Both the position numbers and the translations under genes were made by a program. From the NCBI GenBank assembly GCA_046328535.1, contig JAXLWJ010000004.1:87800-151799 (forward strand): a DNA stretch of 64,000 nucleotides. The letters are read 5' to 3'. Shown here piece after piece: positions 27,708 through 40,500 of this stretch. The notes beneath the pieces were generated by a model that searched no databases, was not told the origin of the DNA, and saw only the letters and a list, made by a program, of their open reading frames with translations. The stretch comes from Anaerolineae bacterium (GTDB lineage: Bacteria > Chloroflexota > Anaerolineae > Epilineales > JAHCIE01). Position 1 is the first letter of the stretch; every line of letters begins with the position of its first letter.

Positions 27708-30700
27708 TCATCTCTGCGCTCCGTACTTGATTGTCGGGAAGTAGAGCGTGTAGGGGCGCGTGGGCGGCGCCGCCGTGTGCTGCACCCGCAGCGGCGGCTG
27801 GAGCGGCGATGGGGCGCCGGCCCGGTCCACCGCCCTGGCCCGTAGCGCGAGCGGGCCATCCGGCGCGGGGACGACGGCGGCCCACAGTGCCGCATTCGCC
27901 TCGGCTTTGGCCGCCGCGCTGCCGCACAACGTGTTCGCCAGCAGCCTGGCCGCCGCCGATCCCACCAGGGCGTCGGTCCACGTCTGCCCGCCGTCCACGC
28001 TGACCTGCACACTGCCGACGCCCCACCCGTCGCGGGCCGTCCCCCACATCAGGATGCTGCCCTGCGGGAAGAGTCCAGGCACGCTTCGGGAACGGTCGCG
28101 CCCGGGCAGAGGGTAATCGAGGGTCGCCGTCGGCGCGACGTTGTCCACCGATCACTGTCTGCCACGCGCTCGGCGCGCCGACACCCGCCGCGTCCGTCGC
28201 GCGGACGCAGGCAGTGCCACGCCCTCCTCCTGCGGCGGACGCCAGGTGAGACGCCACGTTCGTGGGCCAGGCGGCAGCCCGATCATGTGGACGCCAGCGG
28301 GTAAGGCGCTGGGGCGACCCGCCACTCGCCGTCGTCCACCTGCACCTCGGACGCGCCCAATCGCCCCGGCGGTGGGGAACGGGTCCCACCACTGTCCCGA
28401 CCAAGCTCGGCGGACGCGGCGCGCACAGGCGCGGCGGAGGTCAGGGTCGCGGTGGGCGGCGTGTTGTCCACCGTGACCGACGTCGATCCCGGCGCGCTCA
28501 CCTGCCCGAAAACGTCGTAGGCGCGCGCCTGAACGACGAAACTGCCGCTCGCTGGCGCGTCAATGTCAATACCCCAGGCCTGCGACTGGAAGACGCCGCC
28601 GCCGGGTAGCGGGACCGCGCGCCACGCGCCATCCCCCACGCGCGCCTCGACGACGCTCACCCCGACGCATCCCGCGCCGCGTCCCGGTCACTGTCACCGC
28701 CCGCTGCGCACCGTCGCGCCCACCGGCAGGTTGATGCGCACGACCGGCGGGGCGTGGTCAACCGCCACACTCGCCCGCGCCTGCGCGAGGGTCACGTCGC
28801 CGCTCGGCGCGTTCGTCTTCACCGCCGCTGTCAGTGTCACTGCGTCTAGCGGGGCGACACTCGCCGCCACCCGCGCCATCACCGTGATGGGGCGCGCAGT
28901 CCAGGCGGCAGGTCGCCGAGTGGGATCGTCCAGTTCGGGCCGGCGGCTGGCTCGGCGCGCCCTGAACGGGTCGAGCGTCAGGCCCGGCGCTCGCGGCGAT
29001 ATCGAGCGTCACGCCTGTCAGCGGCACGCGGTCGAGGTTGCGGACATCCAGCGTCCAGACGACCCTGGCCCGCCGTGACCAGCGGCGGGGCGGCGCGCGG
29101 GCGGCGCACGCTCACGCTCACGTGGACGCCTTTCGGCTGGCCGTCGTTCGGCGCGGTGGTCGGCGTGATGCCCGCCCGGTGGTAGGCGTCCGTCCACGGG
29201 CCGCGCACCGACTGAGTCGTCGGGAAGACGCTCACCACTCGACCCTGGTCTGCGTCGAACGCCAGGAGGCGGATGTCGGCGGCGGATACGCTCGCGCCGA
29301 GACCGAACCAGGGCAGCGCCGAAGCTCGGTGTCACCGTCCGGCCCGGCGCGCACCGTCCCGGGACTCACGGGCTGCCACGCCGCGCCATCCCACTGCCAC
29401 ACGCCGGGCTGAGGCTGTAGCACGACGACATAGTCGGCGGCAAAGGGCAGTTGCTTGCCCGCGACGGCCTGGGCCGCGCTGCCGTCCGGGCCGGCCCACG
29501 GCGTCGTCGCGCCGCCTGGCCGGGTGTCCAGGTAGACGTAGCCCGTGCCAGCGCCCCAGCGCGCGCCGCGCCAGCCGAGGTAGAACCGCGCCGCGTCGAA
29601 ACTGGCCCCAGGCTCTGGGCGCGGGTCGGGCGCGGGTCACGTCCAGGCGCTCGCTGGCGAGGTCCCACTCGCCGCTGGCGACGTTCATCAGCCCGTCAAC
29701 GATGATAGACGACTGCCAGTCACCTGTTCCCCTTGTAGCGTCCCTTGTAGCCGACCGGCTCTGTGCTGACTGCGCGCTGGTCGGCCCTGCTGACTGCAGC
29801 GCTACGGGTCGCTCCCCTGCTGACTGAAGTCAGCGCTACCTTGAAGTCCTCCTGTGCTCTACGTGGTCTACGCTCTGTGCTGACTGGTCCAGGTATCGCT
29901 TCGGGTATCGCTTCGGACCCGCGCGGCCGTCCCCAGCATGCCACGGCCCGTAGTGGCGCGTCGTCGTGTTGCCGCCGCTGTCCTGCGCCTGGAGGTGGAC
30001 ATACCACGCCCGGCGCCCGGAAGTTGGCGGTGTAGGAGCGGCGGTGAACGCTGCGCCGCCGGCCGGTATCGTGCGGCTGATCTGGTCCACCACGGCGACG
30101 ACCGATGGCTCGCCGCTGCCGTCGTGGAGCGGCGCCCAGGAACAGGCTCGCCGAGGCAGGCGCGGTGGTGGGAGGCGGGGTCGGGCGACGCCGTGGAGAC
30201 GAGGGCGACGGGCCGAGGTTGTCCACCAGGAAGAAGCCGCTCCCGACGAAACGGTTGCCGGCGCGGTCCGTGGCGCGCACCCGCAGCGGGAAGCGCGTGT
30301 AGTCCGCCGAGCGGCGCGTGGTAGACGTAGGTCGGTGTTGTTCACCAGCTCGCTGGCCGGGCCACGTCGCGCCGCCGTCCACGCTGACATCACCGCCGCG
30401 ACCCCGCTCGTCGTGTCGCTGTAGGTCCGTTGAGGATGATCGTGCGCGTGATCGGCTGCGTCGTGGCGCGGATGTCCAGCGTCGGCGGGACATATCTTTG
30501 GTCAGGGTCACGCTGGTGTCCGTCGCCCCGCTAGCGGCGCTGCGGCCGGCTCGCAGGACGATGGTGTGGACGCCCTCGCTCGTCAGCGTGACCCCCTTGC
30601 TCCAGCTCGTGGCCCGCGCCAGCCGTTGTCGAGTGTCGCCATGCCCTGCGAGACGCCGTCCACCGGGACTTCGGCCTGGCCGGCGCCGTCCGTCGCGGCG

Positions 30701-31532
30701 AAGTGAACCGCGCCGGCCAGGGTGAGGGTCGTCGAGACGACGGCGCTGCCCCGGGGGCGGGCGAGGTCAGCGCCGCCTCGTTGCGCGTCGTCGCGACGCT
30801 GACCTGGGCTGTCTGGCTGCGGCCGACGTTGCCGGCGCGGTCCACGGCGATGGCCGTGACGGTGTGCGGGCCGTCGGGGAGGGCGACGGCCTGGCGGTGG
30901 GGTTCGGGCCGAGCGTCTGGGTGGCTGTCACAGCCGCGCCGTCCACGCTGAAGTACACGCGGGCGAGGTTGTTCTGGCTGACGCCGCCCACGGGGATCGT
31001 GTCCGACGCGGCCGCCTCGAGCGCCACGGCCGGCGCGCTCGTGACCAGGCTCGCCGTCGGGGTGATGAGGGTGACCGAGGGCGGTGTGCCGTCGGCGATG
31101 AACGCCGCCCGGAACAGACTCGTCGTCCGCGTGACAGTGTTCCCGACCTCGTCGGCCGGCCGCGTGTACAGGCGGTACAGGCCGTCGCCTGGTAGACGCC
31201 GCCGCCCGCCGCCATGTTCAGCGGCAGTGTCCAGTACGAGCCAACGGCCGGGCGTCGCCGGGGAGGCGTTGCGCCAGGCGGTCGGCGCGGGCATCGTCCT
31301 GGTCGGGCGGAACGCGCTGGCGTCTGGCGCGTAGCTGACGCCGACCTGCACCGCGGCGACGCCGAACTGCCGAGGGCGCACGAGGCGCCCCCCCCTTGCC
31401 GAAGAGCAGGCTCAGCGGCACCGCCAGCAGCCGGCGTAGCCCAGGTCGGCCCGGCCGCCGCCGCCGACGAGACCCGGCTGCCAGTCGCTCGGCGCGACGG
31501 CGTCCGGCGGGCGAGCCTAGAACGGGCTGTAG
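27708..31532 (-). pseudogene. Decayed C-terminal third of giant paralog 2 (Ig-like region plus C-terminal CBM9/DOMON-like module), with 14 or more frameshifts
   Basis: ORF fragments in all three minus frames are homologous in order to the copy-1 C-terminus and, more closely, to the stand-alone module 56085-58238 (e.g. 27708-28148, 28283-28660, 28978-29238, 29332-29688, 30767-31381). Total span 27708-41294 is 13587 bp versus 13605 bp for copy 1. Confidence 0.6.
29723..29916. repeat. 194-bp repeat-rich insertion at the module junction of copy 2, containing hairpin element C
   Basis: It interrupts ...RHYGPWHAGDGRAGP | GDWQSSIIVDG.... It contains tandem 12-13-bp direct repeats (gaagcgataccc x2; gctacaaggggac x2; cagtcagcacagagc x2) and the hairpin gctgactgaagtcagcgctac (29819-29839). 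Its length is not a multiple of 3. Confidence 0.5.
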
Positions 31533-34500
31533 CTAGTCGAGCCGTCGGCAGGGTTCGGGTCCGAACTGCGGGTCCTGGCCCTGGATGCTTGTTGGGTCGA
31601 GCTGGACGGCTCCGCCCGAGTCGCCACCGCTGTTTTGGTAGAACAGGTTGTACGCATTGAAGAGCTGCCCCTGCCCACTGTCTGTGACGCCGACGCCGCC
31701 GTTGTCGGCGAAGATGTTGAAGCGGGCGTGAACCCACGTGCCAGGGTCGGCCAGGATCAGCCCGCCGCCGCTGTTGTTGGCGACGGTGTTGAACAGGAAC
31801 ACGCCGGTCGAGGCGTTGTTGAAGACCGCCGCTGCGCCGCCGCTCGTTTGCAGGATGTTGTGGGTGATGGTGATGGCGTTGGAGTAGCCGGAGACGACGA
31901 CGTTGGCGTTGGCCGCGCCACTGCCCGCGTTTTGCAGCGTGAAGCCCGCGACCTCGACGTTCGTCACGCCGTTGAGGGTCAGGACATTGCCCGCGCCCCC
32001 TGCGTCAATGACGGTCGTCTCAGCGCCCGCGCCCACGAGCCGCACGCCGCTGCGGGGATTGAGCGACTCGGTGTACGTCCCTGGCGCGACGCCGACGGTG
32101 AACACGCCGTCAATCGGCGGGATGTGGTTCACGCCATCCTGGATGGTGGTGAATGCGTCCACGCCCCACTCCAGCCCGTCGTTGAGGCAGGTGGCGCAGT
32201 AGCTTGGCGAGACATACACCGCCGCCTGCGCTGCCTGCACGTAGCCGATGTCTACGCGCGCGCCGGTACCGGGCGGCGTCGGCAGGCTCGGATCGCCCGC
32301 GTCCACCAGCGGCGAGTCGGCCCGGGGGCGGAAGTCGAGGCGGCTGGGGTTCTCGAAGCGCGGGTCGGCGTAGACGTTGCCCTGGCCGGGCGGGTCGTTG
32401 GTCGGCAGCGCCTGGTCCTGGCCGTTGCGCCAGAAGGCGTTGAAGTCGTGGCGGCGGGTCGCCGCGCAGCCCTGGTAACTAAGGGCCGTCCCCGTGTGGT
32501 ACGCGAACACGGTGTCCTCGACGTCGAGGCTGCCGCAGTTGGCCGCCGCCACGCCGTTCACGTTGCTCATGAGGGTGTTGTTGGACAGTGTTGCCAGGGC
32601 GCCGCCCGCCGCGCCGTCAATGGCGACGGCCGTCGCCGTGTTGCGAATGATGGCGCGGGTGATGCTGATCTGCGCGCCCGCGTCAATGCCGAGGCCGTCC
32701 TGGCGGCCGTCGCCGGCCAGGGTGAGCAGCGCCAGGCTCGCGTCCTGCACGCCCTCCGCGCTGACCAGGCTACCGATGGTCGCGGTCGGCGGCGCGAGGA
32801 CTGTCAGGGCTGCGCCACTCCCGAAAATGCGCACGCCGTTGACGAGAGACACGCGCTCGCGGTACAGGCCTGGCTCGACGAGGACGCGCTGCGCGCCGCT
32901 GGCGATGGCCGATTGAATGTCGTTGAACGCCGTCACGTTCCAGGTGTGGCCGTTGTTGGCGCACTTCTCGCAGTAGGTGGGATTGACCCAGACTGGCGGG
33001 TGATACTGGTAGTAGCCCAGGTCGCCGCCGCCGTTGGCCTTGCCGATGGCGGCGGAGCCGGCGGCCAGGCGGAACACCCCGCGCGGCGTGTCGTAGAAGG
33101 CGGCCTGAGTGAGGGTCATGAACGCCGCCGCCGCGCCTGTCGGCGCGCTGGCCCAGTCGGACGCAGCGCCGGCGGGACTGGCGAAGCCGTTGTGGGTATT
33201 GAGGAACACCGTCTGAACGCCGCTGTTCTGCCACCACTGCGGCCGGGGCGCGGCGTTGGGCAGCGCCACCAGCAGGCTATCGCGGAGGTAGACGGCGTTG
33301 ACCAGCGGCGAGGTGTTGCTGAGCAGGCTGATGCCGCCGCCATTGGCGACCAGGGTCGCGTGCCGCACGTCCACGTTGGAGGCGCGCATGTCAATGCCGA
33401 CGCTATTGGGGCGGTCGAGGGACAGCAGGACGTTGTAGATGCGGATGTTGGCCGGGTCGTTGATGTCGGTGGAACCGGGCGCGCCGCCCCCGTTGACCTG
33501 GATAGCGGCGCTGGCGTTGCGGATCGTCAGGCGTTGCACCGTCACGCCCGCGCCGCCCGCGCCGCCGGGCGGGTAGACCTGGAGGCCGACCCCGCCGGCC
33601 GCGTCAATGAACACCGCGTCGGCGTCCGCCCCCTGGAGGGTCAGGTCGTTCTTGCCGGCCGGAATGCTCGCCGGGCCGTAGACGCCAGGGTTGATGTGGA
33701 TCGTGTCGCCCGACATGGCCGCATTCAGGGCGTCCTGGATGGTGGCGAACGCCGTGACGCCCCACATGTAGCCCTCGTTGGGGCAGGTGGCGCAATAGTC
33801 GTCGTCCACCTGGCGCGTGACGACCGCCGCCGCCTTCTGCGCCGCGAGCGGCGCGGCCGTGTTCTCGCCGCGCCCGCTCGTCGGCAGACTTGTCAGCGGG
33901 CGGGGGGCCGTGGCCGGGCCGAGGCTCAGCTCGGCGCGCAAGGCGCGGCGGGCCTCGCGCTTCGCCAGCGAGTCCAGTGCGCCCTGGGCCTGGGACGCGA
34001 TGAGCAGGTCCGATGAGGCGTCGCAGTTGACGTCAGCGCCGGCGGCGAAGGGGGCCGACGCGATCTTGTTGACGCTGGCGAGCTGCGCCTCCACCGGCTG
34101 GTTCTGGGCGAGGTCGGTCGCGCCGAGGACGAGGTAGGCGCGACCGCTGATTGTTCCCAGCACAATATCGTTCTTGCCGTCGGCGTTGACGTCGCCGACG
34201 CCCGCGATGGGGCCATTGGGGGCCGGCGCGGTGTAGGTGAACGTCACGTCCGGCGTCATGTTCGGTCGCCAGCCGGCGGCGCGGCCGTAGGCGATGTGCG
34301 GGGTCGCGCCGTCGCTGTAGGCGAAGTCGGGCAGGCCGTCCCCGTTCACGTCGCCGAGCGGCGCGACTTGCCCCCCAGCGCCGGCCGCGCCGTGGAAGCT
34401 GCCGTTGGCGGCCTGGGTCGGGTTGACGAGCGGCGGCGCCGCATGCGCTCCGTAGGACGGCCCGCCCAGCATGACATAGACGCCGGCCCCGCCGCCGAGG

Positions 34501-37500
34501 GCGTTCGTCGGGTCGGCGATGGCGATGTCGGCGTAGCGGTCGCCGTTGAGGTCGCCGACGCCCACGGCGGGCGCGCCGGCGGGGGGGAAGGCGAACGCAG
34601 CGGCCGCGACCGGGCGGCGGGTGGCGGTGTCGTCGAGGGCGAAGGTCTGGGCCGCGCCGAGGGGGCCGGTCGTGGCGTTGCTGCCGAGAACGAGGTAGAC
34701 AGCGCCCTGGCCGCCGGGTCGGCCGGTGACGCCGATGAGGAGGTCGTCGAAGCCGTCGCCGTTGACGTCGCCCGCCGCCGCCAGCCACTGCCCCACCGCC
34801 CCGCTCTTGACGGTGAACACCTTGCCGCGCTCGCGGTAGGCGGCCTGGGCGAGGGATGCGGGGCCGAGGTCGCCGAGCGGCCCGGTCTGCCCGAAGATAA
34901 GGTAGACGCGGTTGTTGGTCGGGTCACCGACGAGGAAGTCGCTCAGGCCGTCGCCGTTCACGTCGCCCGCCGGGGCAAGGTATGCGCCTAGCCCACCGTT
35001 TGCCGTCTGCCCCAGGACCCGCCCCCCGCCATCATCGAGGGCGAAGGCGGCGGGAACGACCGGCCAGCCGCCCGCCTTGCCGTAGACGATGTCCACCTGC
35101 CCGGCGCCCGCTTTGCCGCTGACAGCGCTGGCCGGCAAGCCGACCGCGAAGTCGGCGCGGCCGTCGCCGTTGATGTCACCGAGCCAGACGACGGTCTGGG
35201 TGATGCTGTCGGTCGGGCCGTGGGGCATCACCCAGGCCGTCGCGGCGGCGTAGGCGTCCAGGGGCGCGCCGGCGTTCGTCGCCAGCGGTTGCGGGCGCGC
35301 TGGCAGCGGCACATAACCCAGGTCGTCGGCGTGGCCCTCGAAGGTGAACACACCCGTGGCGCTCACCTGGTCGGTGGCGTTGGACCACACGTCACCCGGC
35401 GGTAGGAGATCCACGAAGACCGTGACGCGCGCCGCCGCGCCGACCTGCCCCAGCGCGTCCACGGCGCGGACGGCGAGGGTGTGGCCGCCGTACTGGGCGT
35501 CGTCCAGAAGCCAGTCATAGCTCCAGGCGGCGGTTGGCGGCGGGCTGGCGCTAACCTCGGCGACGTTGCGCCAGGGACGGTTGTCTATGCTGAGTTGCAC
35601 GACCGACACGCCCGCCACGGTTGGCGAGCCGGACACGGTATCGCTGGCGACGCCGGTGAGGGTCACGGTATGGTTGCGGATGTTCTGGAGGGCCTGGCCG
35701 TCTTGGACGTTAGCGAAGGCGGCCACCGGCGGCGTGCGATCCACCACGAGGGGCGCGCCCGGCCCCGGCGTCTCGACGTGTCCGACGTAGTCGGTGGCGC
35801 GGGACTGCACCCTGTAGGGGCCGTCGCCCGCCGCGGCCCAGACGTAGCTCCACGTGTCCGCGCCCGCCGCCGTCTGCCAGCCCGTGTCGTAGGCGCTGCC
35901 GCCCGGATACGTCTGCCCCTGGATGCGCGTCTCGACCTTGACCGCCCACGATGTGGGGTCGGCCGCGCCCCCGCCGACGACGAAGCGCGTGGCGCTGATG
36001 ACCTGCCCCGGTGTCGGCGCGTTGATGGTGGACGACGGGGGGTCCGCGTCTACGCGCAGCTCGCGGGTGGTGGAGAGGACGCGCGCGGCGTTGGCGACGG
36101 GGTCGGTGTACGGCACGGTCACTCGCAGCGTCGTCGGCCCGGACTGGCCGATGGACGGGGCGATTGTCCCCTGCATCGTGGCCGTCAGCGCCTCGCCGGG
36201 CAGGAGGGGCTGCCGGGGGAAGGGCCAGGTCAGCCCGGCTGCGCCCGTCGTCGGCGTCGGCGGGGTATAGCCTGCCGAGCCAGTCTGCGTCAGGAGGTTC
36301 AGCGCGCCGAGCGCGGCGGTGTCGTCGCCGAGCGTCATGGGCCGGTCCAGGGCATTGGCGGTGGTGTTGACGACGTTGAGGGTCGCGGTCACGGGGCCGC
36401 CCGGCTTGACGACGGTGACTACCGAGCCGTTGTGGGACGTTGTCGGCGCAACGGCGAGGCTCAGGCCCGGCGCGGTGTTGGGCGCCCACGGGCTTGTCGC
36501 CGCCGCGCGCTCCTGGCTGTCGGTCAGGCCGTCGGCGTCCTCGTCGGCCTTGTTCGGGTCGGAGCAGACGTGGAAGGCGTGGCCGCTGTCGAGGCGAACG
36601 TCCCACCCGCCGACGACCTTGCCTGTCGCGTCGAGGTGGCACACCTCTTCGCCGTCGAGCAGTCCGTCGCCATCGGTATTCTTGTTGCGGGGGTCGAGGC
36701 CGAGGCGCACCTCGTCGCCGTCGCTCAAGCCGTCGCCGTCGGTGTCGGCCTTCGCCGGGTCGGTCTTGGCAATGTAGACCTCGTAGCCGTCGCTGAGGCC
36801 GTCGCCGTCGGTGTCCCACTTCGTCGCGTCAGTTCCGTATTGGGCTTCGAGGGCGTCCGGCAGGCCGTCGCCGTCGCGGTCCGTGTTCCACCCCGCATAG
36901 CCGGCGTTGCTGATAGGGTCCTTGACATCCCAGCCCCACAGCGAGTCCAGGTCGGCGGGCAGGATATCCAGGTAGAGGGTCGAGCGGGCCTGCGCATAGT
37001 CGGCGGGGTTGTCCTGCGGGTTCGGGCCGTAGGTGTAGTTCATGTCGGCGCTACAGTTGTACTTGATGAACCCTTCGCACTTCTGATACGCCAGGTTCGC
37101 CTCGAGCTGGTTGAGGAAGGGCAGCAGCAGGTTGCGGCCGGCCTGGGTCATCTTCATGCTGATGGACAGGGTGTTGGCGCAGTTCTTCGACCCCTTGCCC
37201 GCCACCGTGTCGTCGCTGTCGCAGATGGCGCTGTGATCGGCGGCGGCGCCGGCCGCGATGCTGTTGGTCAGGGAGTAGTTCGCTGTCCAGCTCGGCGACT
37301 GGCCGTTGTTGAAGCCGGGGTCGGTGTCTATGCGGGCGACGGCCCAGCTACTCTTCACGTCGTCAATGGTCCCCTGCCGCCCGTTGCAGAACTGACACCC
37401 CAGGTCCAGGGAACTTGTGTCAACGCTCTTGACGCTCGAGCTGGCGGTCAGGGTGGTGACGGCTGTCATGGTCAGCGCGATGGTCGAGCTGATGAGCGTC

Positions 37501-40500
37501 CCCTGGCTCAACACCGAGCCGTTATCCACGACCATGTGGGGCGGACCCAGGCCCACCGTCGGCTCGTTGACGTAGAGGTCCACGCGGAGAATCATGCTGG
37601 CGAACCACTCGGTGATGTGGGCGATGACGTTGAGGGGGTCCCAGTCGCCAATGGCCGCGCCGATGATGATGTAGATGATGATGAGCAGGATGGCCTCGAC
37701 CAGGAGGCCGACGCCCGAGGCGGCGAACTGGCCCAGGATGACGTCGAAGGCCCACAGGACGATGTTGAGGACGGTGGAGGCGCGCGCCGTGGCGAGGGCG
37801 TCGTCGCGGGCAATGCCGCTCAAGCTCGCCGACTGCTGCCCATACGACTGCCACAGGCTGGCGAGAGAGTAGATGAGCAGGCCGACGCCGACGAGGTCGG
37901 TCAGGCGGTCGAACCACTTAGCCTCGGCGGCCGCGCCCGCCTCGTCTACGATCTCGACGCCGGTCTCGTCCTTGACCGACAGGTTGGCGGCCATTTCGGT
38001 CTCCGCCGCCGATGTCCCGGTCCACGAGCGCCACGAGGCGCGGAACGCCTGGCCGAGCCGTTCGAGGCGCGGCACGTCCTCGAATTCGGACGTGTCGGTG
38101 AGGGCGAAGTAGTCCACCAGCACCCGGCCGGGCAGGGCGCGGTAGACGCGGACGCTGTAGAAGACGAGCTTGAGCAAGGGCATGCCGATCATCGGGCCAA
38201 CGTAGGACCAGAAATCGGACGAGCCGACCTGGTTCTGCCAGGCGTGGTACGCCTCGACAGCGCCGCGCGTGGCGAAGTCGGCGACCAGGGCGTCCAGCCC
38301 ATACGCGGTGCGCACGTAGTCGGGCAACGTCGTCGTCCCGCCGGCCGCCCCATTCCACGTGGCGAACTTGGTGAAGTCGGCCGCCTGGCCCATGTAGGGC
38401 ATGGCGCGGCCGTTGACGCTCACGACGCGGGTCAGGCCCAGGGTCAGCATGCTGTACAGGAGTTGCGTCGGCAGCCAGGTGGGGTCCTGGGCGGCCGCCG
38501 GATAGCGTCGCGCTAGCTCCTTGAGGGATCGGTCAATCGTGAGCGCCTGCCAGGTGGGCTTCTGGGTCGCCGCGTCCAGGATACACGTGTACTGACTCAG
38601 TTGGACGCGGCGGACGGTGCTGAGGCTGGCCTGGCCTAGCGGGACGTTGAAGGTGATGGGGGCCAGGCTCTGGACGGCCGGGTCGCCGTTGCCAATGGTC
38701 ACAAGCGCGCTGCCCATGTCGAGGACGCCGCTCGACTCCTGGTAGGCGACGGCCAGCGTCGGGGTCAGCGCGCCGGTCGTGGCCGCCGAGCAGGGGGCGT
38801 AGGCGGCGCTCAGGAGCTGCTGCGTCGTGGTGGCGCTCGTCGTCGCCAGGGCCTCGTCGCGGTGGGCGTAGGTCTTGTAGGTCGTGGTGATGAGGCTCGG
38901 GTCAATGCCAAACGTGGCGATGTACGGGGCGCTGGCGGGGACGCTGAAGCTCTGCGCCAACTGAGCCAGGGTCGGCTGGCTGTAGCCGAGGTAGGTAGGG
39001 ACCAGGCCGCTCACCAGGCCGAGCATGACGCGGCCCTCGTCCGCCGCGCCGGCGGAGGCGACTTCTGGCGACTTGGGCGCGCCGAACAGGGCGATCTGGG
39101 CGTCGCGGCTCTGGGAAATCTGCATGCCGGTGACGCGGAGCGCGTCATCATAGTACGAGGCGATCACCGACGAGTCCGTCGTCACCTGGCAGTTCTGGGC
39201 ATTCTGGCCGCCGGACGGGTCCTTGCAGGCGCTCCAACTATCCAGGTTGGCCCGCGCCAGCCAGACGATGCGCCCACCGTTGAGGGTGAGGCTCGGCCCC
39301 ACCTCGTCCGAGGTGAGGGCGAAGTGGGCGCTGAAGGCGCTGATCTGCCCGCCGTCGGCGACGGTCTGCAGGGGAACCCACAGCCGGAAATACGTGTCGG
39401 CCGCGCCCGTGACGGTGATGACGCCCACGCCATACTGCGCGGCCAGCCGCGGCTTGACGGTGGTGGTGAACTCCAGCATCGGGACAAGCTGGACGTCCTG
39501 GGTCGAGTTGTCGAGGTCCTGGATCTGGCCCTTGTCGTCGGCGGGCCAGTCCAGCCAGCTGAGGGCATAGCGCAGGTGAGCCGCGTTCTGCGGCTGCACC
39601 TGGAGGTCCACATAGACGACGCTCGCGGTGTACGCGCCGCCGACCGTCAGGTCAATCGCCGGGCGGAAGGGCGGCGTGACTCGCCTGCCGGGGTGGGCCG
39701 GGTCGGGGACGCCAAAGGGCGAGATATCGTAGCGGTTGGGGACGCCGTCGTTGTCAATGTCACCGTCCCAGGCGTCGGGGATGCCGTCGCCATCGGTGTC
39801 GGGACAGACGAGCGTCTTGCCGTCGGCGCTGGCCGAGCAGACTGCGCCGTCGGCGATGCCGTCCTGATTGGTGTCGTCGAGGAGTGGGTCCAGGGGCCAG
39901 ACTTTGCCCTGGGGGTCCGTGTACCCCTGCGTCTCCAGCGTGTCGGTGATGCCGTCGCGGTCGGTGTCGGCCGACGTGTAGCTCGTGCCGAGGCACCACT
40001 CGTCGGCGTTGCTCAGGCCGTCCCCGTCGAGGTCATCGCCCGGCGCGATGCCCTGGTCGGTGTATAGCACGCGGCAGTCGCGCACGTCCGCGGCGGGCTG
40101 GCCCAGCGCGGATCGAGCGGCGGTCGCCGGTGTGGCGCGGTGGGCCAGGTCGGCGCCGAGGGTCACGAGAGGGTCGGCGGCGGGCGGCAGCGCCCCCACG
40201 TCGCCCATCGCTTTCTGGAGCGTCGCCGCCTCGGCGACACGTGTCTGGAAGCGGGCGAACAGGCCGGCGTTGAGCAGTGGCGCGCCGACCATCGAGAGGA
40301 TGGTCACCCCGACGACGGCGGCGTAGACGCGGCGGCGGCGGCGCGGGTCGAGCAGAACGACGGCGAGGGCCGCCAGGAGCAGGGCCACGATGAGCAGCGC
40401 GACATCGGCCGCGGTGGACGACACTCCCGCGTCGTAGGGCGTCGGTGGCGGCGCGGCGTTGGCGGGTGGCAGGGTCAGCGCGCCACCCGGCCCCGCGACA

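Noticed and set aside
29723-29916. Possible CRISPR array (short direct repeats)
   Set aside because: Only 2 copies each of three different 12-15-bp repeats, with no regular repeat-spacer periodicity and no cas genes. Interpreted as a repeat-rich insertion instead.
27708-31532. Sequencing or assembly error as the sole explanation for the 14 or more frameshifts in the copy-2 3' third
   Set aside because: Not fully rejected. The density of indels is far higher than in the 35 kb of clean giant-gene sequence elsewhere, so genuine decay is favoured. But the region duplicates the stand-alone module, so repeat-collapse errors are possible. Flagged for read-level check.
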